Sequence record: SRR31156797_9628
Length of the DNA stretch: 37,257 bases
Direction: 5' to 3' (one strand)
The notes under the pieces are model-generated. The model searched no databases and was not told the origin of the DNA. It saw only the letters and a list, made by a program, of their open reading frames with translations. Made by a program: the position numbers and the translations under genes. This document shows positions 1-8,123 of this stretch, piece after piece. Each line of letters starts with the position of its first letter. The stretch's first letter is position 1.

Positions 1-1
1 A

Positions 2-125
2 GACTTAAGCGAAGGGGCGAAGAAGGCGAATTGAGCGACTTTAGAGACGTTATTGTCCTGAGCGAACGAAGCTACTTAAGTGAAGTGGCGAATTAAGCGA
101 CTTACGCGAAGAAGGCGAATGAAGT
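2..125. repeat. Degenerate 9-bp tandem repeat (~14 units, consensus approx. GA(A/C)nnAAGC), probably continuing left of the window
   Basis: Units read in phase: gacttaagc, gaaggggc, gaagaaggc, gaattgagc, gactttaga, gacgttatt, gtcctgagc, gaacgaagc, tacttaagt, gaagtggc, gaattaagc, gacttacgc, gaagaaggc, gaatgaagt. Confidence 0.75.
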
Positions 126-231
126 AACCGAAACGAAAAGGAGGTTGTGGCGAATGGATTTTACGGGAAATGACTACCAATGACACGCGAAGCACAAATG
201 ACGTTGAACGTATTGAGACGAATCACCTCTC

Positions 232-1161
232 TTACTCCACCAGAATCTTCTTACTCCCAATAGTTTCACCGTTTTCTCCCAAAAGGGAAATAAAATACAT
301 CCCGGGGTTATAGCAGGATAAATCCAGATAATTGGCATTTACGCCAAATTCCAACCGCCAGGGTTTATTAATTATTTTTCTTCCGCTTAAGTCAGAAATC
401 ACAATAGAAACATCTTTGGCTACTAGTCTTTCAGTTCTTATAGTTACAAGTCCTGATGTTGGATTTGGGTAAAATTCAACTGCTGCCTCATTTGCCACAT
501 TCTGATCAATCCCTACAAACATATCGCAAGGAGCAAGAGGATTTGGATTTTCCCAATAAACAACCCCGTCCAATGAGAAGCAAACCAATGTTTCAGGATA
601 CCAGGGGTCGGGGAATCCACTTAAAAACCCATAAATGAAACCGATCCCTTCGATCATTTGTTCGGGCTCTCCCCAAATATATGTTGATAAGGAAAATACG
701 TTTCGGTAATCATCACCAACTAAAATGCTGTCGATGGCTGTAACAAAAATATTGTCCTCATACAAGAGCGGTGAATCGGGTAAAGTGTCCCCAACTTTCA
801 GATCAAAATCGTATAACATTACATCTGAATTTCCTTCTCTCTGGTAAATCTTTTTACCATCTTGCCTGAATAACCCTCTCAAATTACTGTAATTATAAGT
901 GCCTGAACAACCCTGGTTTGGTGGTGGCCCCTGCCAACTATATACCCGAGTGCCGGTTTCGAAAAGCCTGGCATAAGCAATTCCATCTATGGTATCATAG
1001 CTATTTACCCAGTAAACATAATCCCAAAATTCGAGGCATGGCATTGCCCCACCAAAGGTAAGGTGCATTCTCCACTGTGGATTGTCGGCAAAATAGTCGA
1101 TCTCCTGGGCATTGATGATTGTGGTGGTGGCGAGCAGTAAAAGCGTAATGAGTTTTTTCAT
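232..1161 (-). CDS. Secreted protein with T9SS type A C-terminal sorting domain, function unknown
   Basis: ORF 232..1203. The likely start is ATG at 1161 (MKKLITLLLLATTTIINA-QE signal peptide), which removes the overlap with the upstream gene. C-terminal FYPNPTSG...DLSGR...LDLS...PGMYFISL...KKILVE is a typical CTD. Confidence 0.85.
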   Translation of the reverse strand: MKKLITLLLLATTTIINAQEIDYFADNPQWRMHLTFGGAMPCLEFWDYVYWVNSYDTIDGIAYARLFETGTRVYSWQGPPPNQGCSGTYNYSNLRGLFRQDGKKIYQREGNSDVMLYDFDLKVGDTLPDSPLLYEDNIFVTAIDSILVGDDYRNVFSLSTYIWGEPEQMIEGIGFIYGFLSGFPDPWYPETLVCFSLDGVVYWENPNPLAPCDMFVGIDQNVANEAAVEFYPNPTSGLVTIRTERLVAKDVSIVISDLSGRKIINKPWRLEFGVNANYLDLSCYNPGMYFISLLGENGETIGSKKILVE

Positions 1162-1174
1162 GATAATTGAGTTT

Positions 1175-2113
1175 TTATTTAACAATGAGTTTTTGTTGAG
1201 CAAATGAGTATGGATCTTTACCTAAAATGGTGACAAAGTAAATCCCCGGATTCAGGGTAGATATGCTTAGATGGATGACATTATTTCCCGGAGTTTGTTG
1301 CCGGGATTCATTGATTAGCAATCTCCCTGTGAGGTCTGAAACTTGTACATAAATATCTGAACCGGTCATTGAATTCGCTGAGAGGGAAAGGCTCGTGGTG
1401 GCAGGGTTCGGGTAGAGTTCGAATTTTTGTTTAACAGCCGGAACTTCATCCAATCCAACCGTTAAAATGCAATTGGCATCTTCAGGAAAAATGGGCTCAC
1501 CATTCTCGGCGTAACATTCAAACCACGATCCCTGGTCTGGTGTTTCACAGCCTCCGTGCCAGATACCATTTTCGTGGCCGATGCCTTCGATAAACCAGGA
1601 AATATTGTTTAAGTCGTTGGAATCGAAATTATACCGCCTGTGATACCTTTCGTTGATTTCAACAGAATCTATCGAGGTAATAACAATTGAATTACCTAAC
1701 CAGCAATTTTCATTAATAATGCAGTCCTTCACGGTATCGCCCACCTGCCAGGAATAATCGAAAATCAGGTTAGTGATATTATTAAAATACACCTTAGGAC
1801 CATCGGTGCATATCTGACCGATATATTGATGCTCGAAAGTTGTTGTAGTTGTTGTCCCGTTTTCATAGATGTGCTCAATTAGTCCATCGGCATAAAGTTG
1901 GTGAAAGGTAAAATTTCCAGACTGGATTTCACCATCAAAGTACATCCGATATGACGTAGTGGTAACTTCAAAGGGGTTTGTTTCCCATTGCCCGTAATTA
2001 ATCCGCCACTCGGAGGTAGCATCAGGCGGGAAGGGGATATATTCCTGGGATTTAAGGCTAATCGAAATGCAAATCAGGAAAACCGAAATGGAAAGCAAGT
2101 ACATTTTTTTCAT
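1175..2113 (-). CDS. Secreted protein with T9SS type A sorting domain, paralogue of 232..1161
   Basis: Signal peptide MKKMYLLSISVFLICISISLKS-QE; CTD LYPNPAT...DLTGR...LNPGIYFV...QKLIVK. Shares (F/Y)D..VGDT, IDS, IEGIG and C(Y/F) motifs with its neighbour. Confidence 0.87.
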   Translation of the reverse strand: MKKMYLLSISVFLICISISLKSQEYIPFPPDATSEWRINYGQWETNPFEVTTTSYRMYFDGEIQSGNFTFHQLYADGLIEHIYENGTTTTTTFEHQYIGQICTDGPKVYFNNITNLIFDYSWQVGDTVKDCIINENCWLGNSIVITSIDSVEINERYHRRYNFDSNDLNNISWFIEGIGHENGIWHGGCETPDQGSWFECYAENGEPIFPEDANCILTVGLDEVPAVKQKFELYPNPATTSLSLSANSMTGSDIYVQVSDLTGRLLINESRQQTPGNNVIHLSISTLNPGIYFVTILGKDPYSFAQQKLIVK

Positions 2114-2342
2114 AGTTGTTCATTTTTTTGAGTTAGTAATCGCTATTGCAAAAAAAAAAAACTGAAACATCCAAACAAATTTAATATGTTTTTTTGATTG
2201 TTCTTAATTTTTATTCATGTAGAGGTATTTTTACTTTGTGAAACTCTGCGACTACTTTTGCCATGGGCATCCCTTTGGGAGAGGTTCTCTTGCCATAGGC
2301 ATCACTATGTGAGTGTAATAGCTATACCACTAAGTTGCTCAA

Positions 2343-2553
2343 TCCCGCACATGCGCGTAGCCGAGGCTAACGTTTTGGCGGCACTGTTTTCCGTAACCCG
2401 GTCATTTATGGCCGGGTAAAAAAAATGGTAACCCGCACAAATTAAGGCCGTTAACGGCCTTTCACAATTCCAGGTCACTACCGAAAATGCCCAGGACTAA
2501 AGCCCTGGTTTATAAATTCAGCCTTAAACTGATGGCTATGCGCACATGCGGGA
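2343..2553. mobile_element. Putative MITE/REP-derived element with 20-bp imperfect terminal inverted repeats and internal hairpins
   Basis: tcccgcacatgcgcgtagcc (2343-2362) and ggctatgcgcacatgcggga (2534-2553) are 17/20 reverse-complementary. Internal palindromes at 2396-2417, 2444-2461 (perfect, 18 bp) and 2491-2508. No transposase or clear target-site duplication. Confidence 0.55.
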
Positions 2554-2605
2554 CACAAAGTTATTCAAAGATTATGCGTCAAAGCATCTTTTGACTTATG
2601 CATTC

Positions 2606-2985
2606 CACTCGAAAAAAAGAATTAGCCCGTAAATCGGCTAAATCATTTTTTCGAGTGCTAATTACATTTTACAATGAAACGTTCGTATCTTATATATTAC
2701 GGTGCGCTGCACCTTGTGTTTTTTCTTACCGATATTCTTCTTTAAATATTATCGCCACGCTGTGGCTTAACAATAAGGTGCAGAGCACCGTAAATCTTTG
2801 TAGAATCGAAACCATTAATTAAGGAAAAGGTGCAGCGCACCGAAATATTGAAATCAATACCTTCAACAAATCCATGACAAAATATATTGCGATCATATGT
2901 TTTTGAGCGTAAAGCCGGGACTAATCTTTGCATTAGTAGAATAAGCAATAGCACTCGAAAAAAAGATTAGCCGTAAATCTTTGTA
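2606..2985. repeat. Composite palindromic repeat cluster: three copies of a cactcgaaaaaa..ttagcc motif bracketing four REP-like hairpins
   Basis: Motif copies at 2606-2635 (+), 2635-2660 (inverted) and 2949-2979 (+). Hairpins ggtgcgctgcacc 2701-2713, gccacgctgtggc 2754-2766, ggtgcagagcacc 2777-2789, ggtgcagcgcacc 2829-2841. Confidence 0.8.
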
Positions 2986-3010
2986 TTAATGCAGTGTGAT
3001 TTATTAATGA

Positions 3011-3018
3011 TACCTTTG
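3011..3018 (+). promoter_or_regulatory. Bacteroidota primary-sigma -7 box (TACCTTTG) for the DEAD-box helicase
   Basis: Exact TAnnTTTG match followed by CA, ~125 nt upstream of ATG 3142. The -33 box is not at canonical spacing. Confidence 0.6.
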
Positions 3019-3141
3019 CAGCCTGAAATCGTGTAAATTAGATTGCGCTTTAAGTCTTCCTACATTGATGTGTGGATCATGTCGCCGGAAGAAACAAATC
3101 CTCAATCCGGAAACACATCAATATTAATTAAAGTAAAAACA

Positions 3142-4899
3142 ATGACATTTGAAGAAATGGGCGTTTCGCCCGAGATTATGAAAGCTATTGGCGAACTGGG
3201 TTTCGAAAAGCCTATGCCTGTGCAGGAAAAAATTATTCCCATTCTTTTAGACCGCAACACCGATATTGTTGGCCTTGCCCAAACAGGTACAGGAAAAACG
3301 GCCGCCTTTGGTATTCCCATCGTTCAGCAGTCGGATATCCGGGTTAAAAAACCCCAGGTAGTAATACTCAGCCCGACCCGTGAGCTTTGTGTGCAGATCA
3401 CAAAAGACTTAAAAAGTTATGCCAAATACACCGAAGGACTGGAAATTCTGGCTGTGTATGGTGGCGCAAGTATTCAGCCTCAACTGGCGGCCCTCAAATC
3501 GGGCGTTCAGGTTATCGTGGCTACCCCGGGTCGTTTGCTTGACCTTGTAAAACGCAAAGCAGCAAAGTTGTCCAACGTGTATCGCGTGGTGCTCGATGAA
3601 GCCGACGAAATGCTCAACATGGGCTTTCTGGATGAAATAAATGAGATACTCGAAAGTATTCCCGAAGACCGCAACACCCTGCTGTTTTCGGCTACCATGC
3701 CCAACGAAATAAAAAAGATTGCCGCCAAATATATGCATGATCCCGAAGAGGTGGTGATCGGCACCCGGAATGCAGGCGCTGAAAACGTTAAACATATCGC
3801 ATATACAGTGCATGCCAGAGATAAATACCTGGCCCTGAAACGTATTGCCGATTTTTACCCGAAAATTTATGGTATTGTTTTCTGCCGCACCCGCCGCGAA
3901 ACCCAGGAAATTGCCGATAAGCTTATTCAGGACGGCTACAATGCCGATTCTTTGCACGGCGACCTTTCGCAGCCCATGCGCGACACGGTAATGCAAAAGT
4001 TCAGGCACCGCAGTGTGCAACTGTTGGTGGCCACTGACGTTGCTGCCCGCGGATTGGATGTGAACGACCTCACCCATGTTATTCATTACAGTTTGCCTGA
4101 TGATGCTGAAGTTTATACACACCGCAGCGGCCGGACCGGCCGGGTTGGTAAAACCGGTATCTCAATTGCCATCACGCATTTACGTGAGAAATACGCCATC
4201 AGCAAGGTGGAAAAAAGTGCTAAGGTAAAGTTCGAATTGGCTAAAATTCCATCAGGACGCGAAATATGCGAAAAGCAGCTTTTTAACCTCATCGATAAAA
4301 TGGAAAATGTGGATGTTGCCAATGCCGATATCGACAGCTACCTGCCGGTGATTTATAAAAAGCTGGATTGGCTGAGCAAAGAAGAGGTGATCAAACGCTT
4401 TGTCTCACTGGAGTTCAACCGGTTTCTGGATTATTACCGGGATGCCGATGAATTGAACGAACCGGTGGAAGAACGTCGCTCGAAAACGAAGCGCGACCGC
4501 AGAGACCGGGAAGATTTTAGTGGTGGTGGTCGCGATCGCAAATTGAGAGATCATGACGGAAAAGCAGAAAGAGGCTATACGAGGTTGTTTTTTAGTGTTG
4601 GAAAATTAGACGGCCTTGTACCAGCCGCACTCATCGATCATATCAACAAAAATACACCCGGTCTCAAAGTTCCTGTTGGCAAAATCGACCTGATGAACAA
4701 GTTCTCCTTCTTCGAGGTGAAACAGGAATTTGCCAAAGATGTTGTGGATTTGATTAAAGGTACCCGCTTCAGAGGTAATAAGGTAGATATCCAGATTGCC
4801 CAGGCCAAAGACGAAATCAGCAAAAGCTGGAAAAATAAACCCGGAAATAGTCGGGACAAATTCAGGTCAGGATCGAAACGCAGGAGGAAGCGGTTTTAA
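3142..4899 (+). CDS. deaD: ATP-dependent DEAD-box RNA helicase (DeaD/CsdA-like, with C-terminal DbpA-type RNA-binding domain)
   Basis: Q motif (GFEKPMPVQ), AQTGTGKT, PTRELC, TPGRL, DEAD, SAT, ARGLD and HRSGRTGR are all present. The C-terminal RLFFSVGKLDG...GKIDL..KFSFFEV segment is RRM-like. ATG 3142 (MTFEEMG) is preferred over TTG 3043. Confidence 0.92.
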   Translation: MTFEEMGVSPEIMKAIGELGFEKPMPVQEKIIPILLDRNTDIVGLAQTGTGKTAAFGIPIVQQSDIRVKKPQVVILSPTRELCVQITKDLKSYAKYTEGLEILAVYGGASIQPQLAALKSGVQVIVATPGRLLDLVKRKAAKLSNVYRVVLDEADEMLNMGFLDEINEILESIPEDRNTLLFSATMPNEIKKIAAKYMHDPEEVVIGTRNAGAENVKHIAYTVHARDKYLALKRIADFYPKIYGIVFCRTRRETQEIADKLIQDGYNADSLHGDLSQPMRDTVMQKFRHRSVQLLVATDVAARGLDVNDLTHVIHYSLPDDAEVYTHRSGRTGRVGKTGISIAITHLREKYAISKVEKSAKVKFELAKIPSGREICEKQLFNLIDKMENVDVANADIDSYLPVIYKKLDWLSKEEVIKRFVSLEFNRFLDYYRDADELNEPVEERRSKTKRDRRDREDFSGGGRDRKLRDHDGKAERGYTRLFFSVGKLDGLVPAALIDHINKNTPGLKVPVGKIDLMNKFSFFEVKQEFAKDVVDLIKGTRFRGNKVDIQIAQAKDEISKSWKNKPGNSRDKFRSGSKRRRKRF

Positions 4900-5436
4900 G
4901 CTTTGAACTGATCCGGCTCAAAATCCGATCTTCATATTATTTCTACCAATCAAGTTCCTGTTTAGTTGGTTGAAATGCCATATATTTCAAAAGAAAGTGC
5001 ATCAGATCGATTTTCAATGGTTTGCACACCCTTCCCGACAGCCAACGGAACATACGGGAGCAAACTATTGAAAATCAAAACATCCCTTTGGAAAGAGGTT
5101 TGATTGAAATCTCATCACGCCTGTTCATTCATGATTGATTATTGGCAACTAATCCCTCCGGGCATTCGGCGGAAAATATATTTCGCTCCACCTATCCTGA
5201 TCGTTTCAGCCTGAGGCAAAATAATTTTACGGCCTTCTACTTCTACCGAATACTGCTTGAATATGATATCGAAAGGGATGATTCGGTTTTTGTATTATAT
5301 CGATTGGATTTCAATATTTGGGCAATTGGGTTACCTAGAAATTGAAACCATGGGAGTTTTCCGGTTAACCAATATCGATTAATCCCATATCCCAACATAA
5401 AGAACTTTACACAGCCTTACATCTCCCGCTCTGGTT

Positions 5437-5461
5437 GTAACAAGCCGTTTTTTTATGCGTC
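5437..5461 (+). promoter_or_regulatory. Putative ECF-sigma promoter (GTAAC-N16-CGTC) upstream of the permease
   Basis: gtaac at 5437-5441, 16-nt spacer, cgtc at 5458-5461, ~34 nt before ATG 5495. Matches the general ECF AAC/CGT layout. Confidence 0.5.
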
Positions 5462-5494
5462 CACTTTGGTAAACACAATACAAAAACCATTTTT

Positions 5495-7876
5495 ATGATT
5501 AGGAGCTACCTCGTGATTGCCTGGCGCAATTTGCTAAAAAACAGAATTAACACATTGATTAACATTCTAGGCCTGACCATTGGATTTTCAGTGTCGGTGC
5601 TGATTCTTATTTATGTTTATCATGAGCTGAGTTTTGACAAGTTTCATGAAAACAATGCACGAATATATCGCATTACACTTGAAGGCTCAATGGCCGACGG
5701 GAAAACTCTTAAAGCTGCCCTGACCAGCGGAGAGGTTGCCCGGGAGGTAATCAACAAAGTGCCAGGGGTAGAGCAGGCAACAAGGGTTTACGACTGGGGT
5801 GAGAATGAGGTTTTTATTGGCGATAAGCGTTATACCAACGATAAAATTGCATGGGCCGACACAGGGTTTTTCCGGGTTTTTACTTTCCCGATGTTCTCAG
5901 GAAACCCTACCACATCACTTAAGGAGATGTATAGCATTGTGCTTTCAGAAACACTGGCTACAAAATATTTCGGAGTTAGGGATTGTTTGAACGAAACCCT
6001 GAAAATTGGAGATCAGGATTACCGTGTAACAGGAATAATGAAGGACTGGCCGGTTAATTCCCATCTTGATTATGAAGCCATTGCATCGTTTTCTTCACTT
6101 GAGCGAACCGATTTTGATATCGTAAAGCGTAACGGGATTTCGTTTCCAACTTACGTGATGCTGCGCAAAGGCGTGGATCATGAAATTGTTACGGAGGGTG
6201 TGCGTGAAACAGCAAATGAAGTGATGGATGCACGCTACGGGCCTGTAGGGATAAACACAAAATCGTTTACACAACCACTTGGAGATGCCTACCTGCGGAC
6301 TGAGGCCATGTTTTCGGACGGGAAAACAGGAGATATCCGTAATGTATATATTTTCTCGTTTCTGGCCTTCTTCATCGTACTTATAGCGGTTTTTAATTTC
6401 ATCAACCTGATGACGGCACAATCGGAGCGGCGGATGAAAGAGATAGGATTGCGCAAGGTGGTGGGGGCCGGCCGACAGGACGTAATCAGACAGTTTATCG
6501 GCGAATCGGTACTGGTGGCTGTGATTGCATTTTTACTTTCGCTGGCTTTAAACGAAATTTTGCTGAACCCATTCTCAAACCTTATGGCCGGCGAATTCAG
6601 GCTTGAATACTGGCACCAGCCTGTTTTGCTTTTGTCTATTTTCCTAGTTGTATTGTTTACCGGTGTGGTTTCAGGCATTTATCCGGCATTTTATCTTTCA
6701 ACATTCCGGCCTGTTAAGGTACTTAAAGGTTCGCTGAGTAGTTCGGGTAAAAGAAACACACTGAGAAAAGTGCTGGTAACCCTGCAATTTGCCATTTCCA
6801 TCTTTTTAATCATCTGCCTTGTATTGCTTCATGCACAAACCAGTTTCTTAAAAACCAAAGACTTGGGTTTTCAGCGTAAAGGAACATTGGCGTTACACAG
6901 CCTCACCGATGGCATCAAATCGTCGTATAAAAGCATCAAGGCCGAGCTGCTGCAAAATCCCAACATTCTCGCGGTTACGGCATCGCAGAGTATTCCGGGG
7001 CAACCCCGCAGCATCCAGAATTGCTATAAGAAAGGTGATGATCCGAAATCGGCAATCATGGTTCAGGAAAACAGGGTACAGCACGACTTTCTGGAAACTT
7101 TTGGAATAAGCGTGGTGAAAGGCCGTGGTTTTGATGCGGAAATGCGAACGGACACAGGAGCCTTTGTGATTAACCAAAAAGCCGCCGAAAAGCTTGGGCT
7201 TGCTGATCCTGTTGGTCAGGATATCTTTGTGTGGAGCATACCGGGGAAGATCATTGGAGTAATTTCTGACTATAACTATTTGTCATTACGTTCTGAAATT
7301 GATCCGCTGGTGCTCACCATGTATTCTGACTGGTTCAGAACAATTTCCTTGCGGATTCGCCCTGATAAGGTTAGTGAAACACTGGCATTTGTTGAGCGCA
7401 ACTTAAAAGAAGCTGACCCCAATTATGCATTTGATTACACCTTTGTGGATGATAGGTTTGCCAACATGTATCAAAAAGAGGAACGCGTTAACAGGCTGTT
7501 TTCTTCAGCGGCAATTCTGGCGGTTATCATTTCAATACTTGGTATTTATGCGTTGACTTCATTTACGGTTGGTCGCAAAACCAAAGAAATTGGTATACGT
7601 AAAGCAATGGGAGCCAGCATATTTCAAATCATCGGGATGTTGTTCACTGATTTATCAAAGTGGATCCTTATTGGTAATATAATTGCTTGGCCTGTTGCGT
7701 TTTGGCTTATCAGGGATTGGTTGGAAAATTTTGCATACCGAATAGAGTTAATAAATTTCTGGTGGGTTTTTCCAACTGCAGCACTGATCGCCATTGTTGT
7801 TGGCATGTTGTCAATGCTTTACCAGTCCTGGACAGCAGCACGTTTAAATACGGTGGATGCACTCAGATATGAATAA
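5495..7876 (+). CDS. ABC transporter permease, MacB/FtsX family (two periplasmic-core + FtsX repeats)
   Basis: N-terminal AWRNL..N...T.INILGL.IG; two R.KEIG.RK..GA motifs (RMKEIGLRKVVGA, KTKEIGIRKAMGA); C-terminal ALRYE. Confidence 0.92.
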   Translation: MIRSYLVIAWRNLLKNRINTLINILGLTIGFSVSVLILIYVYHELSFDKFHENNARIYRITLEGSMADGKTLKAALTSGEVAREVINKVPGVEQATRVYDWGENEVFIGDKRYTNDKIAWADTGFFRVFTFPMFSGNPTTSLKEMYSIVLSETLATKYFGVRDCLNETLKIGDQDYRVTGIMKDWPVNSHLDYEAIASFSSLERTDFDIVKRNGISFPTYVMLRKGVDHEIVTEGVRETANEVMDARYGPVGINTKSFTQPLGDAYLRTEAMFSDGKTGDIRNVYIFSFLAFFIVLIAVFNFINLMTAQSERRMKEIGLRKVVGAGRQDVIRQFIGESVLVAVIAFLLSLALNEILLNPFSNLMAGEFRLEYWHQPVLLLSIFLVVLFTGVVSGIYPAFYLSTFRPVKVLKGSLSSSGKRNTLRKVLVTLQFAISIFLIICLVLLHAQTSFLKTKDLGFQRKGTLALHSLTDGIKSSYKSIKAELLQNPNILAVTASQSIPGQPRSIQNCYKKGDDPKSAIMVQENRVQHDFLETFGISVVKGRGFDAEMRTDTGAFVINQKAAEKLGLADPVGQDIFVWSIPGKIIGVISDYNYLSLRSEIDPLVLTMYSDWFRTISLRIRPDKVSETLAFVERNLKEADPNYAFDYTFVDDRFANMYQKEERVNRLFSSAAILAVIISILGIYALTSFTVGRKTKEIGIRKAMGASIFQIIGMLFTDLSKWILIGNIIAWPVAFWLIRDWLENFAYRIELINFWWVFPTAALIAIVVGMLSMLYQSWTAARLNTVDALRYE

Positions 7877-7960
7877 TTAGCGTTTCTTTCATTAAGATTT
7901 TGGAAACCACTCCCAAGAGGTAGGGCTTATCATATTCGGCATCAAGAGGATATTCCGGAT

Positions 7961-7995
7961 AAACCCTGGCAGAACAGAAGTTTTGCCAGGGTTTT
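7961..7995 (+). terminator. Probable intrinsic terminator hairpin
   Basis: aaaccctggcagaac-agaa-gttttgccagggttt(t): 15-bp stem with one G-U pair, downstream of the permease stop. Confidence 0.7.
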
Positions 7996-8088
7996 GCATA
8001 TATGTCCCGAATAACAAAAAATGAGATCGTATTCTTAATGTCAGTTGAAATTCCTCTGGATTAGTTCACAAAGAAATTCTACCTTCGG

Positions 8089-8115
8089 GCAACTATTTCC
8101 AGCTTTGCTACCTCT
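8089..8115 (+). promoter_or_regulatory. Putative ECF-sigma autoregulatory promoter (GCAAC-N17-CCTCT)
   Basis: gcaac at 8089-8093, 17-nt spacer, cctct at 8111-8115, immediately upstream of GTG 8124. Confidence 0.45.
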
Positions 8116-8123
8116 AACCATCA

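Noticed and set aside
1162-1203. N-terminal extension MLNKNSLLNKNSII of ORF 232..1203
   Set aside because: It overlaps the upstream gene's 3' end; ATG 1161 gives a clean signal peptide.
232-2113. Diversity-generating retroelement target/template pair
   Set aside because: No reverse transcriptase and no near-identical repeat pair differing at adenines was seen.
2701-2841. CRISPR array or attC integron cassette sites
   Set aside because: Units are in mixed orientation with irregular spacing, have no GTTRRRY/RYYYAAC box pairing, and no integrase is present.
2198-2954. Short ORFs 2198..2419, 2598..2822 and 2742..2954
   Set aside because: They run through palindromic repeats and show no protein-like motifs; likely spurious.
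3043-3141. TTG-initiated N-terminal extension of the helicase
   Set aside because: The DEAD-box fold begins at MTFEEMG; the region looks like a structured UTR.
3409-4122. 237-aa antisense ORF (likewise 18642..19280, 22421..22846, 23198..23671 and others)
   Set aside because: Shadow ORFs opposite well-conserved genes, with no recognisable motifs.
5142-5345. 67-aa ORF in the deaD-permease gap
   Set aside because: TTG start, no motif and no supporting context; cannot be supported.
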